Both the position numbers and the translations under genes were made by a program. Below the pieces are notes generated by a model that saw only the letters and a program-made list of their open reading frames with translations, did not search any database and had not been told where the DNA came from. 27,561 nucleotides of DNA from Pseudomonadota bacterium (GTDB lineage Bacteria > Pseudomonadota > Gammaproteobacteria > Burkholderiales > Ferrovaceae). How positions within the stretch are numbered: position 1 is the first letter of the stretch; every line of letters starts with the position of its first letter. Shown piece after piece: positions 10,505 to 22,131 of this stretch. The stretch lies in contig JAJZEL010000078.1 in NCBI GenBank assembly GCA_021828575.1, positions 1 to 27,561 on the forward strand, given 5' to 3'.

Positions 10505-10790
10505 GAGTAACTCCTTATCGAGAAGTGAGCCAAAAGACACATGCGATGAATACCCATCACAACCTCGACTTCATCGTAAGTCTTTCGACGTTTCTCCTGA
10601 ATACGGTGAATTACTTAGTTCTTTTTTTCCGGTCACAGCACTCATGTGCATGACCTGTTTATTACGTGGTTTTACGTAGGCAGATACCAGAGAAATTGCC
10701 ATAACTTCGTAAATGTGCGTATTCACATGACGGACACGAAAACCTTAGGCTGAACCCAGGATTTTTAATGTTCATCCAAGGAGAAAAAGC

Positions 10791-11984
10791 ATGAAAACCA
10801 ACCGGGACTATGTCTTTCCAAAAGTTTGCCTTGCCCTTCTGGCCTGCCTTTGGGCCGTGACTGCAAAGGCAGAGGCAACAATCAACTTCGGAGATGATCA
10901 ATCGGTCACTCTTGGGCTGGGCCTCAGAACCTCTTATGACAGCAACAACACCAGTGGCCAGCCCAACGGTCAGGCATTCAACGTGGACAATCTGCGTCTT
11001 TACAGCAACTGGCAGTTCTCAAAAGAATTCAAGGCAACATTCAATACCGAATACGACAGTTACACGAATGGCGTCAACCTGCTCGATGCCTTCATGCAAT
11101 ACGAACCCCTGAAAACCTTCAATGTCTGGCTGGGTCGCATGCTGCCCGCAGCTGACAGGGCGGATATGGAAGGACCTTTCTATATCACCAGCTGGAATTA
11201 TCCCGGGGTTTCCTCTGTCTACAAGGAACAATATCTGGATGGACGGGACCAGGGTGTGACGTTCTGGGGTGTGGTGGCCAACAGCCGGCTGACCTACGCA
11301 CTGGGAGCCTACCAGGGAATGGGAAAGAACTCCGGTAACACCAATCAGTACAATGGCGGCGGCGGAAGCAGCGACCTGATGTACACAGCCCGCCTCAACT
11401 ACAATTTCTGGGACACCAATGTCGACCCAGCCTATTTCGCAAGTGCCAGTTATTTTGGAACTCACGACGTGCTTGCATTGGGCCTGGCCGGAATGTCACA
11501 GCAGAATGGAACGCTGAATACTGTCGCAAATGCCAGCTACACCGCATACAACGTCGACTTTCTCATGGAGAAGAAGGTGTTGGATGGCGGAGCCGTGACC
11601 CTGTCTGGTGCCGCTTACAAAGTGGATACCCAAAACACGCTGGACAACTATTGCACGACTGTCAATGCAGCCTTTCCTGGCGGCTGCTGGGGGGGGCCGA
11701 CTTATCAGGGCCGTTCATACATCGGGACGGTCGCGTTTCTTTTTCCGAAACAGATTGGATACGGAAAATTCCAGCCTTACTTTCAACATCAGGATTTTCA
11801 ACCTGATGGATTTGATACTGGAGCCGGGGTCGGACAAACTTTTCGCACACAGCAAAATGAATACGGCGTGAACTACGTCATCAAAGGGTACGATGCCAAA
11901 CTCACCGTTGCCTACACTCAAACCTTGATGGCCGGATCGGCACCCATCAATAGTTTCATCATCGGAAGCCAGTTTCAATTCTAG
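10791..11984 (+). CDS. Outer-membrane porin, FmdC-like (short-chain amide/urea porin; OprO/P-like)
   Basis: AAGGAG RBS, signal peptide ending AKA, alternating amphipathic strands, LLDAFMQY and GRDQGVTFWG segments, C-terminal QFQF; divergent from urtA. The FmdC assignment rests on context and recalled similarity. Confidence 0.75.
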   Translation: MKTNRDYVFPKVCLALLACLWAVTAKAEATINFGDDQSVTLGLGLRTSYDSNNTSGQPNGQAFNVDNLRLYSNWQFSKEFKATFNTEYDSYTNGVNLLDAFMQYEPLKTFNVWLGRMLPAADRADMEGPFYITSWNYPGVSSVYKEQYLDGRDQGVTFWGVVANSRLTYALGAYQGMGKNSGNTNQYNGGGGSSDLMYTARLNYNFWDTNVDPAYFASASYFGTHDVLALGLAGMSQQNGTLNTVANASYTAYNVDFLMEKKVLDGGAVTLSGAAYKVDTQNTLDNYCTTVNAAFPGGCWGGPTYQGRSYIGTVAFLFPKQIGYGKFQPYFQHQDFQPDGFDTGAGVGQTFRTQQNEYGVNYVIKGYDAKLTVAYTQTLMAGSAPINSFIIGSQFQF

Positions 11985-12005
11985 TTTTTTGTTGATGACG
12001 GCAGT

Positions 12006-12048
12006 ACTCGACGGACCACTGTGATCTCCCTCCTGGGGTCCGTCGAGT
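12006..12048. terminator. Strong hairpin downstream of the porin gene (possible terminator lacking a U-tract)
   Basis: Perfect 12-bp stem ACTCGACGGACC (12006-12017) / GGTCCGTCGAGT (12037-12048) with a 19-nt loop, starting 22 nt after the stop. Confidence 0.55.
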
Positions 12049-12421
12049 GTCATTGACCTTCTTCACCATGGCTCATGGGTTTCATTCATCGGGTGTTGCA
12101 ATGAAATACACGTTACCCCCCGAACGTGAGTCATGCCATCTTGTGGAACGGACCTGAGAATCCTGACCCGCTCCCTCATTCGCGTACTCCGGCACGGCAG
12201 CGTATCCCATTAAATCAGTTCCAAGACAAAACATAACAAGATAGTTACAAAACCTTCATTGCCACATCACTACACCGGCATTAGACTGGGATGTTCTGAG
12301 GTTCTCATAAAAAAAGCACGGCAGCAGTCATACCACCAGCACCGGTCTCTTTAGCAACCCTTGGGACCGGACATGGAGAGGAGATGATGTCAGGTCCGTT
12401 TGACGATGCGGGGGCCGGCGC

Positions 12422-15400
12422 GTGACGTCCACCCAGGCCCTTTTCATGAGCCTTTTTTTGGCCCTTTTCCTGGCCCTGCTTCTGGCTTGGCGCAAGCTGA
12501 TCCGGATGGAAAGGGAGAGGAAGGCACAGCTCCAGGACAACCAGGGATTGCGGCAGAGCGAGGCCCAGATCCGGCAGATTTTTTCCCTGGCCGACGAAGG
12601 CATTCTGCTCACGGATCCTGGAGGGCACCTGCTCAACATGAACAAGGCCATGGGCCGGATCCTGGGACGCAACCCCGAAGACTGCCTGGGCCATCCCCTG
12701 CTGGATTTCGTGCAACACCCCGCTCTTCAGGAGCATCTGATCCGCCTGCGCCGCAACGGCCACGACGAACCCCTCCATCTGGAACTGTCCGTCACCCGAC
12801 CTTCCGGACTGACCGTGGACATCCTGTTCAACAGCCGCCACCTGTACGATGAATCGGGCCAGTTCACCGGTACCTTTGCCATGGTTTCCGACATCACGCA
12901 ACACAAGGCCCTGCAGGAAATGCGCCAGCAACGCACGGAAGAACTGGAGGTGCTGCACCGCCAGGCGGCAGAAACGGGGCGCCATGATCAGGCCCTGTCA
13001 TCCCTCAGTCGGTGCCTCATGGCAGAAAAATCCGTGCAACAACTGGCCCAGGATGGGCTGGGACTGATTCTGGATTTTCTCGGACTGACGACGGGCTCCG
13101 TGTTTCTGGTGAGCACCCCCAACGATGCGGAGTCACTGCGCCGTGTGGCTACCCAGGGCAGTCCCCGGAGCCGCTCCCGACACAACCTGTTGGACGACCC
13201 TGACCTGCCGGCCCTGGCCAGCCACGATCCTCTCGTGAGCCTCAGAATGGACGAGGTCCCCGATGAACAATTGCTGAATCTGCCCCTGATCCATGGCAAC
13301 CATCTGGTGGGCATGCTGGAACTGGTCTGTGACACCACGCTCGCCAAGCCTTATGCCATTTGGCTGGAGCATGCCAGAGATACGCTGGCCACCGCCCTGA
13401 AGCTGGCCCAGGACCACGAAAAGCTGCGGACCACCTTGCAGGAGCTCGAGGCTGCAAAAACCCTGGCCGAAGAAGCCACGCAAGCCAAGAGCAGCTTCCT
13501 GGCCAATATGAGCCATGAAATCCGCACCCCCATGAATGCCATCATCGGCATGAGCCAGCTGGCCCTCAACACGGACCTCACACCACGGCAGCGCAATTTC
13601 ATTGAAAAGGTCCACCGCTCCGCCCTTTTCCTGCTGGGCATTATCAACGGCATCCTGGACTTTTCCAGGATAGAGGCTGGCAAGCTCACCATGGAACAGA
13701 TCGAGTTCGACCTGGACGGTATCCTGGACAGCCTGGCCAGCCACATCAGTACCCGGGCCCAGGAAAAAGGACTGGAATTGCTGTTCGACCTGGATCCCGA
13801 ACTGCCCAATCACCTGATGGGTGACCCGCTGCGCCTCACCCAGGTACTGATCAACCTGGGAAGCAACGCCGTCAAATTCACCGAACAGGGCGAAGTGGTC
13901 ATCACCCTGCGCAAGCTTTCCGAAACTCCGGGCACCCTGGACATGGAATTCCTGGTACGCGACACCGGCATCGGCATGACGAAGGAACAGCAGGACAAAC
14001 TGTTCCAGTCCTTCTCTCAGGCCGACAGTTCCACCACGCGCAAGTACGGTGGCAGCGGACTTGGACTGGCCATCTGCAAATCGCTGGTCACCCTTATGAA
14101 CGGCCACATCAGCGTGCACAGCGAGCCCGATCACGGCACCACGTTCCGCTTTACGGCACGCTTTGGCAAGCCACCAGGCATGGCTTCCCGCAAGGCCCTC
14201 ACGGCAGATCAATTGAAGGGTCTCAGTGCCCTGGTGGTGGATGACAACCATTCTGCTCGTGCCATCATCCAGTCCATGCTGGCCCACCTGGGCATGAAGG
14301 CCGTCACGGCCAGCGGCGGAACAGTCGCACTGGCCGAGGCCAGGCATGCCAGCGAAGCCGGACACCCGTTCGACGTGGTGTTCATGGACTGGAAAATGCC
14401 CGATATGGATGGTGTGGAATGCACCTCACTGCTTCACGGCGAATTCGGGCGCGACACCCCTCCGGTGATTTTTGTGACGGCACTGGATGAAGACGTATAT
14501 GAAGTGCTGGGAGGAAACCGTTCCTGGGTAAGCGATGTGCTGACGAAGCCTGTGACCCCTTCCCGGCTCTTTGAATCCGTGAACCGCGTGTTCGGCTACC
14601 GACGACCGGGGCAACTTCCCGGAAGGCAGGCCACCCGCCAGCAGGAACACGAGGAAGCGCGCCTGCACATCCTGGGCAGCCGGGTGCTGTTGGTGGAAGA
14701 CAACGACCTCAACGTGGAACTTGCCACCGAACTGCTGGCCGATGCCGGAGTGTCTTTCCGGCTGGCTTCCAACGGACTGGAAGCCCTGACCATCCTGGAG
14801 CAGGACGACCAGTTCGATGGCATCCTCATGGACTGCCAGATGCCCGTCATGGACGGGTACACGGCTGCGCGTAGGATCCGGGACAATCCGGCCTGGAACA
14901 CCCTCCCCATCATCGCCATGACAGCCGACAACATGATGGGCGACCGCGACCGTGCTCTGGAATCAGGCATGAATGACCACGTACCCAAACCGCTGGACGT
15001 GGACCAGATGTTCGTCACCCTGGCGCGCTGGCTCAAGCCCCATCCCCATCATCCTTCGTCGACCACGGCACCTGTTCCGGCTTCCTCTGCCGGATTGCCC
15101 GAACTGCCCGGTTTCGATACCTCGAAGGCCCTGCAGGCCATGGGCCATAAGGTCCCCTTGTACCGCTCGCTTCTGCTGAAGTTCAAGTCCCGTTACAAAA
15201 ATTTCGGGCAACAGTTTCACCAGGCCACTCAGGATTCTGACCCTTTGGCTGCCGCCCGGTGTGCGCATTCTCTCAAAGGGGTTTCCGCCAACGTGGGCGC
15301 ATGGAAAGTGCAGGCGGCAGCCGATACCCTGGAAAGCCATTGTCGCAATCGGCTCCCGACTGCCCGGATAAACGCCGCCTTGCAGGACACACTGACCGCA

Positions 15401-15709
15401 CTCCAGGAAGCCATGGACACTCTGTCAGCCCTGGCACCGGACACAGTCAAAGAAAAACCTGTCACCACCGCTCCGCGCCTGAGCCCGCGCCACCTGAAAG
15501 CTGAAGGACTGCGCCTGCTGGAATTGCTGGATCAGGGCGATGCCGGTGCCATGGCACTGCTCCATGGGATCGAAGCCGGCCTGGGCGGGCAGGCGCAGAC
15601 CACCGCCTTCCAAAAACTGAAATCCTGCGTTGCGCAGTACGATTTCGAAGAAGCCTCCAAACTCCTCAACAAACTGATTCAGGAAGATTTTCATGAACAT
15701 GCCGGATGA
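12422..15709 (+). CDS. Hybrid sensor histidine kinase: TM-PAS-GAF-like-HisKA-HATPase-REC-REC-Hpt
   Basis: H-box [19 protein letters not shown]-box [15 protein letters not shown]-boxes DTGIGM and [10 protein letters not shown], receiver motifs VFMDWKMP and ILMDCQMP, Hpt AHSLKGVS. The start position is uncertain (see findings). Confidence 0.95.
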   Translation: MTSTQALFMSLFLALFLALLLAWRKLIRMERERKAQLQDNQGLRQSEAQIRQIFSLADEGILLTDPGGHLLNMNKAMGRILGRNPEDCLGHPLLDFVQHPALQEHLIRLRRNGHDEPLHLELSVTRPSGLTVDILFNSRHLYDESGQFTGTFAMVSDITQHKALQEMRQQRTEELEVLHRQAAETGRHDQALSSLSRCLMAEKSVQQLAQDGLGLILDFLGLTTGSVFLVSTPNDAESLRRVATQGSPRSRSRHNLLDDPDLPALASHDPLVSLRMDEVPDEQLLNLPLIHGNHLVGMLELVCDTTLAKPYAIWLEHARDTLATALKLAQDHEKLRTTLQELEAAKTLAEEATQAKSSFLANMSHEIRTPMNAIIGMSQLALNTDLTPRQRNFIEKVHRSALFLLGIINGILDFSRIEAGKLTMEQIEFDLDGILDSLASHISTRAQEKGLELLFDLDPELPNHLMGDPLRLTQVLINLGSNAVKFTEQGEVVITLRKLSETPGTLDMEFLVRDTGIGMTKEQQDKLFQSFSQADSSTTRKYGGSGLGLAICKSLVTLMNGHISVHSEPDHGTTFRFTARFGKPPGMASRKALTADQLKGLSALVVDDNHSARAIIQSMLAHLGMKAVTASGGTVALAEARHASEAGHPFDVVFMDWKMPDMDGVECTSLLHGEFGRDTPPVIFVTALDEDVYEVLGGNRSWVSDVLTKPVTPSRLFESVNRVFGYRRPGQLPGRQATRQQEHEEARLHILGSRVLLVEDNDLNVELATELLADAGVSFRLASNGLEALTILEQDDQFDGILMDCQMPVMDGYTAARRIRDNPAWNTLPIIAMTADNMMGDRDRALESGMNDHVPKPLDVDQMFVTLARWLKPHPHHPSSTTAPVPASSAGLPELPGFDTSKALQAMGHKVPLYRSLLLKFKSRYKNFGQQFHQATQDSDPLAAARCAHSLKGVSANVGAWKVQAAADTLESHCRNRLPTARINAALQDTLTALQEAMDTLSALAPDTVKEKPVTTAPRLSPRHLKAEGLRLLELLDQGDAGAMALLHGIEAGLGGQAQTTAFQKLKSCVAQYDFEEASKLLNKLIQEDFHEHAG

Positions 15710-16805
15710 TGCACTGGGTGTTACCCGAAAACCGGTGGTCCTGGTGGTGGATGACACCCCGGAAAACCTGACGCTGGTCAATGAACTCCTCAAGGACCAA
15801 TACAAGGTCAAGCTGGCCAACAATGGCGAGCGCGCCATCCGGTTATCCCTGTCTGACCCCATCCCGGACATCATCCTGCTGGATGTCATGATGCCGGGTC
15901 TGGACGGCTACGAAGTCTGCCGCCGATTGAAAGCCCATGACCGCACGGTGCATGTGCCAGTGATTTTCCTCACGGCCATGAGCAAGGGGGAAGACGAAGC
16001 CATGGGTATGGCCCTCGGGGCCGTGGACTACATCACCAAACCCATCAATGAAAGTGTGCTCAAGGCCCGCATCAAGAACCATCTGGACCTCAAACTCATG
16101 CGGGACTTCCTGCTGGACCAGAATCACTTCCTGCTCAGCGAGGTCACCCGCCGCACCCAGCAGATCACCGCCCTGCAGGAAGTGACCGTGTTCGTGCTGG
16201 CCTCCCTGGCGGAAACCCGCGACAACGAAACGGGCAATCACATCCGGCGCACCCAGCACTATGTGCGCCTGCTGGCTGAAACCCTGCGCCACCATCCGCG
16301 CTTTGCCTACTTCCTGAACGTGGGCGACACCATCGAGCAGCTCTTCAAGTCGGCCCCCTTGCACGACATCGGCAAGGTGGGCATTCCCGACCACATTCTC
16401 ATGAAGCCAGGCCCACTGACCCGTGAAGAATTTGAAATCATGAAGACCCACACCACTCTGGGCCGCGATTCCATCATCAAGGCTGAAAGCGAACTGGGCA
16501 TTGAACTGCCCTTCCTCAAATATGCCAAGGAAATTGCCCACAGTCACCAGGAAAAATGGGATGGCTCCGGCTATCCTCAAGGACTATCAGGAGACGCCAT
16601 TCCCATTTCCGCCCGACTCATGGCCCTGGCCGACGTATACGATGCCCTGGTGAACGAACGGGTGTACAAACCCCGCTTCGCTCATGGGGAAGCTGTCCGG
16701 ATCATCATGGAGGGCAAAGGCAGCCACTTCGACCCGGACATTGCCGATGCTTTCCAGCAACTGGAGAAGGAATTCAATAACATTGCCCTGCTATATGCGG
16801 ACTGA
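15693..16805 (+). CDS. Response regulator with HD-GYP c-di-GMP phosphodiesterase domain (RpfG-like)
   Basis: REC motifs LVVDD and ILLDVMMP; [29 protein letters not shown] and ADVYDAL. Overlaps the kinase stop codon. Confidence 0.95.
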   Translation: MNMPDDALGVTRKPVVLVVDDTPENLTLVNELLKDQYKVKLANNGERAIRLSLSDPIPDIILLDVMMPGLDGYEVCRRLKAHDRTVHVPVIFLTAMSKGEDEAMGMALGAVDYITKPINESVLKARIKNHLDLKLMRDFLLDQNHFLLSEVTRRTQQITALQEVTVFVLASLAETRDNETGNHIRRTQHYVRLLAETLRHHPRFAYFLNVGDTIEQLFKSAPLHDIGKVGIPDHILMKPGPLTREEFEIMKTHTTLGRDSIIKAESELGIELPFLKYAKEIAHSHQEKWDGSGYPQGLSGDAIPISARLMALADVYDALVNERVYKPRFAHGEAVRIIMEGKGSHFDPDIADAFQQLEKEFNNIALLYAD

Positions 16806-16872
16806 ACGCCTTGGCCCGGTACGCTCAAGACACATGAAGGTTGATGTTCGCCTGTAAAAAAGAAGGAAGTCA

Positions 16873-17409
16873 ATGTCTCGCTCACACCTGTCAATGCTCG
16901 AGTTCAAAAGGACTTTAATGCCCTATGAAAAACAGGGCAATGGGCAAGTCATGACCGAATTCTTATCGTCACGGAAGGCAGCAAAACCGAACCATTGTAT
17001 CTTGGTGAAATTCGCAAGGAACATCGCCTACAAACGGCCAACGTTCAGGTGCGGCCCAGCCAATATGGCACCTCACCGCTTGGGGTCGTAGAATACGCCC
17101 ACCACTTGTTTGTAAAAGGAGCAGAAGAAAAAAACATTCAGCCACGTACCTTTGAGCAAGTGTATGTCGTATTCGATCGTGACGATCACAAAACCTACCA
17201 TAACGCCCTGAACAAAACTGCCGCACTGAATGGCACATTACGCAACGACCTAAGGACAGGCCGGGTACTACACGCGAACCCGAAAAAACCTAGCGGAGGC
17301 CTCCCAACGGGCCGAGTGTCTGGCGCAATCGACCACCGCCCGCGAAGGTGTTGAGCCTTACACGAATATGCATTGCCTGGTACATCTACTCGTCACGCTT
17401 AAATCCTGA
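16873..17409 (+). pseudogene. rloB: Fragmented RloB/AbiLii-like (TOPRIM-type) protein
   Basis: Three pieces in alternating frames: MSRS...KQG (from 16873); ASHDRILIVTEGSKTEPLYLGEIR...VYVVFDRDDH...LRND (16944 to about 17250); GQAGYYTRTRKNLAEASQRAECLA...EPYTNMHCLVHLLVTLKS-stop (17254-17409). The motifs LIV.EG..TE and VFDRD match my recall of the RloB family. Confidence 0.8.
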
Positions 17410-17484
17410 TTTCTGACAGAGGGACCACGGGGTCACGCCCCCTCCACATTTCAATCGAAACCCAGTGATTGATGATCACCGGCC

Positions 17485-18180
17485 CTAGAAGCGAAACGAC
17501 AGCACGGCCCCGTACTGAAATGCCAGGCCATTGGCTGAAAGACCCAGGAGACTGCCCCGGAAGTCAAACAAACCGATTTCAGGCACCAGCGCCACGCTGG
17601 GCGTCAGGGCCACCTTGGCCCCCACATCAACTCCTGTGGCACTGAGATTGTTACGACTGCTTCCCCCCACTGCCGATGGAATGGCGGTGTACACATAGCG
17701 CAGTTCCGTGATGAGGGTATAACGGTCGGACAAGACATGACTGGCGATGAGATCGGCTCCCGGACTCCAGGCATTTTTCGACTGTCCGGAAATTTCCAGA
17801 TAGGAATAGGCCGCACCCACGACGAAGGCCATTTGCCAGGGGCTGGATGGATCAGTGAACCGGTGCTTGATGTCGATCTCGCTGCCCAGGGAAGGCCCCA
17901 CACTTGAAAAAGGCAGAGCCACCTGAGTCAACCGGTACCCGATGTCCCAGCCGTCCGCCAAGCCCGTGCGAAAGCCGGCATGAGGCAGGAATGGCGTGAA
18001 ACTGCTCTGGCGGGGACTGCCCACGGAAGTGTATTGCCCCCCCGTTCCGGCAATGGCCGAAAAGCCACCCACCGGTGTCGTGTCGGCCGTGGAAAACCCC
18101 AACAGCCAGAACGCCTGGGCGGATCCGCTAAACCACAGCAGGCTACCTGCCGCCCATCCCATCCATACCGGTTTACGCAC
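17485..18180 (-). CDS. Hypothetical outer-membrane beta-barrel protein
   Basis: GGAG RBS before GTG, signal peptide ending AQA, repeated alternating strands (WDIGYRL, EIDIKHRF, LITELRYVYT, VDVGAKVAL, FQYGAVLSFRF), terminal Phe. Confidence 0.75.
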   Translation of the reverse strand: MRKPVWMGWAAGSLLWFSGSAQAFWLLGFSTADTTPVGGFSAIAGTGGQYTSVGSPRQSSFTPFLPHAGFRTGLADGWDIGYRLTQVALPFSSVGPSLGSEIDIKHRFTDPSSPWQMAFVVGAAYSYLEISGQSKNAWSPGADLIASHVLSDRYTLITELRYVYTAIPSAVGGSSRNNLSATGVDVGAKVALTPSVALVPEIGLFDFRGSLLGLSANGLAFQYGAVLSFRF

Positions 18181-18239
18181 AAGACAGCTCCATTAGAATC
18201 CCGGGATTTCCGGTGTAAATTTCAGGCAGGCTCACAATC

Positions 18240-19157
18240 TCAGCCTGCCCGATCTTTGACTTTCTCATCAAACAGTCGGTGCAGCAGGTCACACAAAGCA
18301 CCCAACTCTGCTTCCTTTGTCGTGGTGGTTCGGGCCACCAAAGCCACCGTGCGACGGGGAACAGGTGCCATCACAGGACGCGCTTCCAGACCTGACCCTG
18401 TGATCAGTCCGGCCTGCAGGGCCATGGAAGGGATCAGACCCAGGCCCGCCCCCGAACGAACCATCTGGACTAACGTCAGCAGACTGGTGGCTTCCATGCC
18501 ACCTGCCAGCGATGCAGGAGGCTTCCGGCATGCTGCCAGTACATGGTCCCTCAGGCAATGCCCCTCTTCCAGAAGCAGCAGGCGGTCCGTCACATGACGG
18601 GTCATGCGTACGGATTCACCCAGCGCATTCAGTTCCTTCCTGGAGCCCACCAGCCACAAGTCATCGTCAAACAGAGCCTCTACCCTGAAACCCGAGGTGT
18701 CATGGGGCAAGGCCATGAGCACGAAATCCAGGTGTCCGGACTCCAGGCGCTCCAGCAGGTTTCTCGTCAGGTCTTCCCGAACCGCCAGACACAATTCCGG
18801 ATAACGCCTGCCCAGGCTTTTCATGAGGGCACTCAGCAAAAATGGCGCAATGGTGGGAATGACACCCAGGCGAACACGGCCCTGCATGGACGCGGAAGCC
18901 CGGGCTGCATCCACCAGATCCTGACATTGCGCCAGCAGGGGACGTGCCCTGGCCACCACATCCCGACCTGCATCCGTCATCAGCACATTTTGCCGGTCAC
19001 GTTCCACCAGGGCTGCACCCAAGAGGGATTCCAGTTCACGTATGCCTGCGCTCAGTGTGGGCTGCGTCACGAAACAGACTTCGGCAGCACGCGTAAAGTT
19101 GAGGTATTCCGATAGCACCACCAGGTACTGCAGTTGTTTAAGGGAAGGGAGCGCCAT
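18240..19157 (-). CDS. oxyR: LysR-family peroxide sensor OxyR
   Basis: HTH NFTRAAEVCFVTQPTLSAGIRELE, GVIPTIAPFLL, and the redox Cys pair in LEEGHCLRDHVLAAC (C-x8-C); adjacent to katG. Confidence 0.88.
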   Translation of the reverse strand: MALPSLKQLQYLVVLSEYLNFTRAAEVCFVTQPTLSAGIRELESLLGAALVERDRQNVLMTDAGRDVVARARPLLAQCQDLVDAARASASMQGRVRLGVIPTIAPFLLSALMKSLGRRYPELCLAVREDLTRNLLERLESGHLDFVLMALPHDTSGFRVEALFDDDLWLVGSRKELNALGESVRMTRHVTDRLLLLEEGHCLRDHVLAACRKPPASLAGGMEATSLLTLVQMVRSGAGLGLIPSMALQAGLITGSGLEARPVMAPVPRRTVALVARTTTTKEAELGALCDLLHRLFDEKVKDRAG

Positions 19158-19175
19158 GGAACACCGTCCTTGCTT

Positions 19176-21469
<2,294 letters not shown>

Positions 21470-21501
21470 GAACAAATTGACCACCATCGACTCAATAGTG
21501 A

Positions 21502-21533
21502 CCTGTCCGCAGATACAATGACCTGCGGACAGG
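21502..21533. terminator. Perfect 11-bp hairpin between the hypothetical gene and the katG promoter
   Basis: CCTGTCCGCAG (21502-21512) / CTGCGGACAGG (21523-21533) with a 10-nt loop, just past the stop at 21545. No U-tract on either strand. Confidence 0.55.
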
Positions 21534-21544
21534 AAAGAACGGTT

Positions 21545-22030
21545 TTACTGGTGACCCGCAGGGAATGGCTTGCCCAGATCGTCCGGCGTCAGATGGGCAC
21601 TCTGGAACATGACCCATTCGCCGCCCAGATTCTTGGTCCAGGCACCCACGGTGAATGTCCCGTCCATCAGGTATTCGCAGTGGTAGGTGACCTGCAGATC
21701 TTTCTTGCCTCCATCCACCATGGGCACGTCCTTCAGGGTGGCAGCCACGCTGAGCACGGTACTGTCCTGCGTGCGGCGCACGATGCCCTTGATGTCCGTG
21801 GCCTCAGTGACGGGCGACTGGTTGATCATGGACTGGACACACGCCTCTTCCTGGGACTTGAGATCAGGACCTGCCTTGGTCACCACCTTCCGGGGCGCAT
21901 CAGGGCTGATCTTGATTTCAGACGGGAAATAGTTCTCGTGATCAGTCGGAAAGAAGTTGTCATCAGCCAGGGCCTGCAGGGAAAACAGGGACAGCAAAAA
22001 AGCACTTCCCAGGACCAGTTGTCGGGTCAT
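21545..22030 (-). CDS. Hypothetical exported protein, 161 aa, two Cys
   Basis: GGAGGAG RBS before ATG 22030; signal peptide MTRQLVLGSAFLLSLFSLQALA. I recognise no family motif. Confidence 0.75.
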   Translation of the reverse strand: MTRQLVLGSAFLLSLFSLQALADDNFFPTDHENYFPSEIKISPDAPRKVVTKAGPDLKSQEEACVQSMINQSPVTEATDIKGIVRRTQDSTVLSVAATLKDVPMVDGGKKDLQVTYHCEYLMDGTFTVGAWTKNLGGEWVMFQSAHLTPDDLGKPFPAGHQ

Positions 22031-22131
22031 GGTGTCTCCTCCGGGGTATTTGGTTATGGGGACTACAGGCTTTATGTTAACCCAGCCAGGCCACTGGCGG
22101 GTAGCCCCCTCCCCACTGCCCCCCACCTGCG

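Noticed and set aside
10713-10728. CRP/FNR-like site (TGTG...CACA)
   Set aside because: The spacer between TGTG and CACA is 6 nt, whereas the CRP consensus needs 8.
10505-10790. Sigma-54 promoter, NtrC site or guanidine riboswitch upstream of the urt operon
   Set aside because: No TGGCAC-N5-TTGC with correct spacing. The GCAC...GTGC at about 10638-10649 has a 4-nt spacer, not 7. No ykkC or ACGR-loop motif recognised.
13133-14365. 410-aa - strand ORF and other long ORFs opposite the kinase
   Set aside because: Antisense shadows typical of GC-rich coding DNA. The + strand gene has complete kinase motifs.
12422-16805. Kinase/regulator pair as the dedicated regulator of the amide-urea operon
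   Set aside because: The output is c-di-GMP hydrolysis rather than DNA or RNA binding. There is no amide-binding or permease-like sensor domain. Only adjacency supports the idea.
16995-17354. 119-aa ORF as an intact stand-alone gene
   Set aside because: It is only the middle piece of the RloB-like remnant. The conserved LIVTEG motif lies upstream of its TTG, and its tail after LRND is out of frame.
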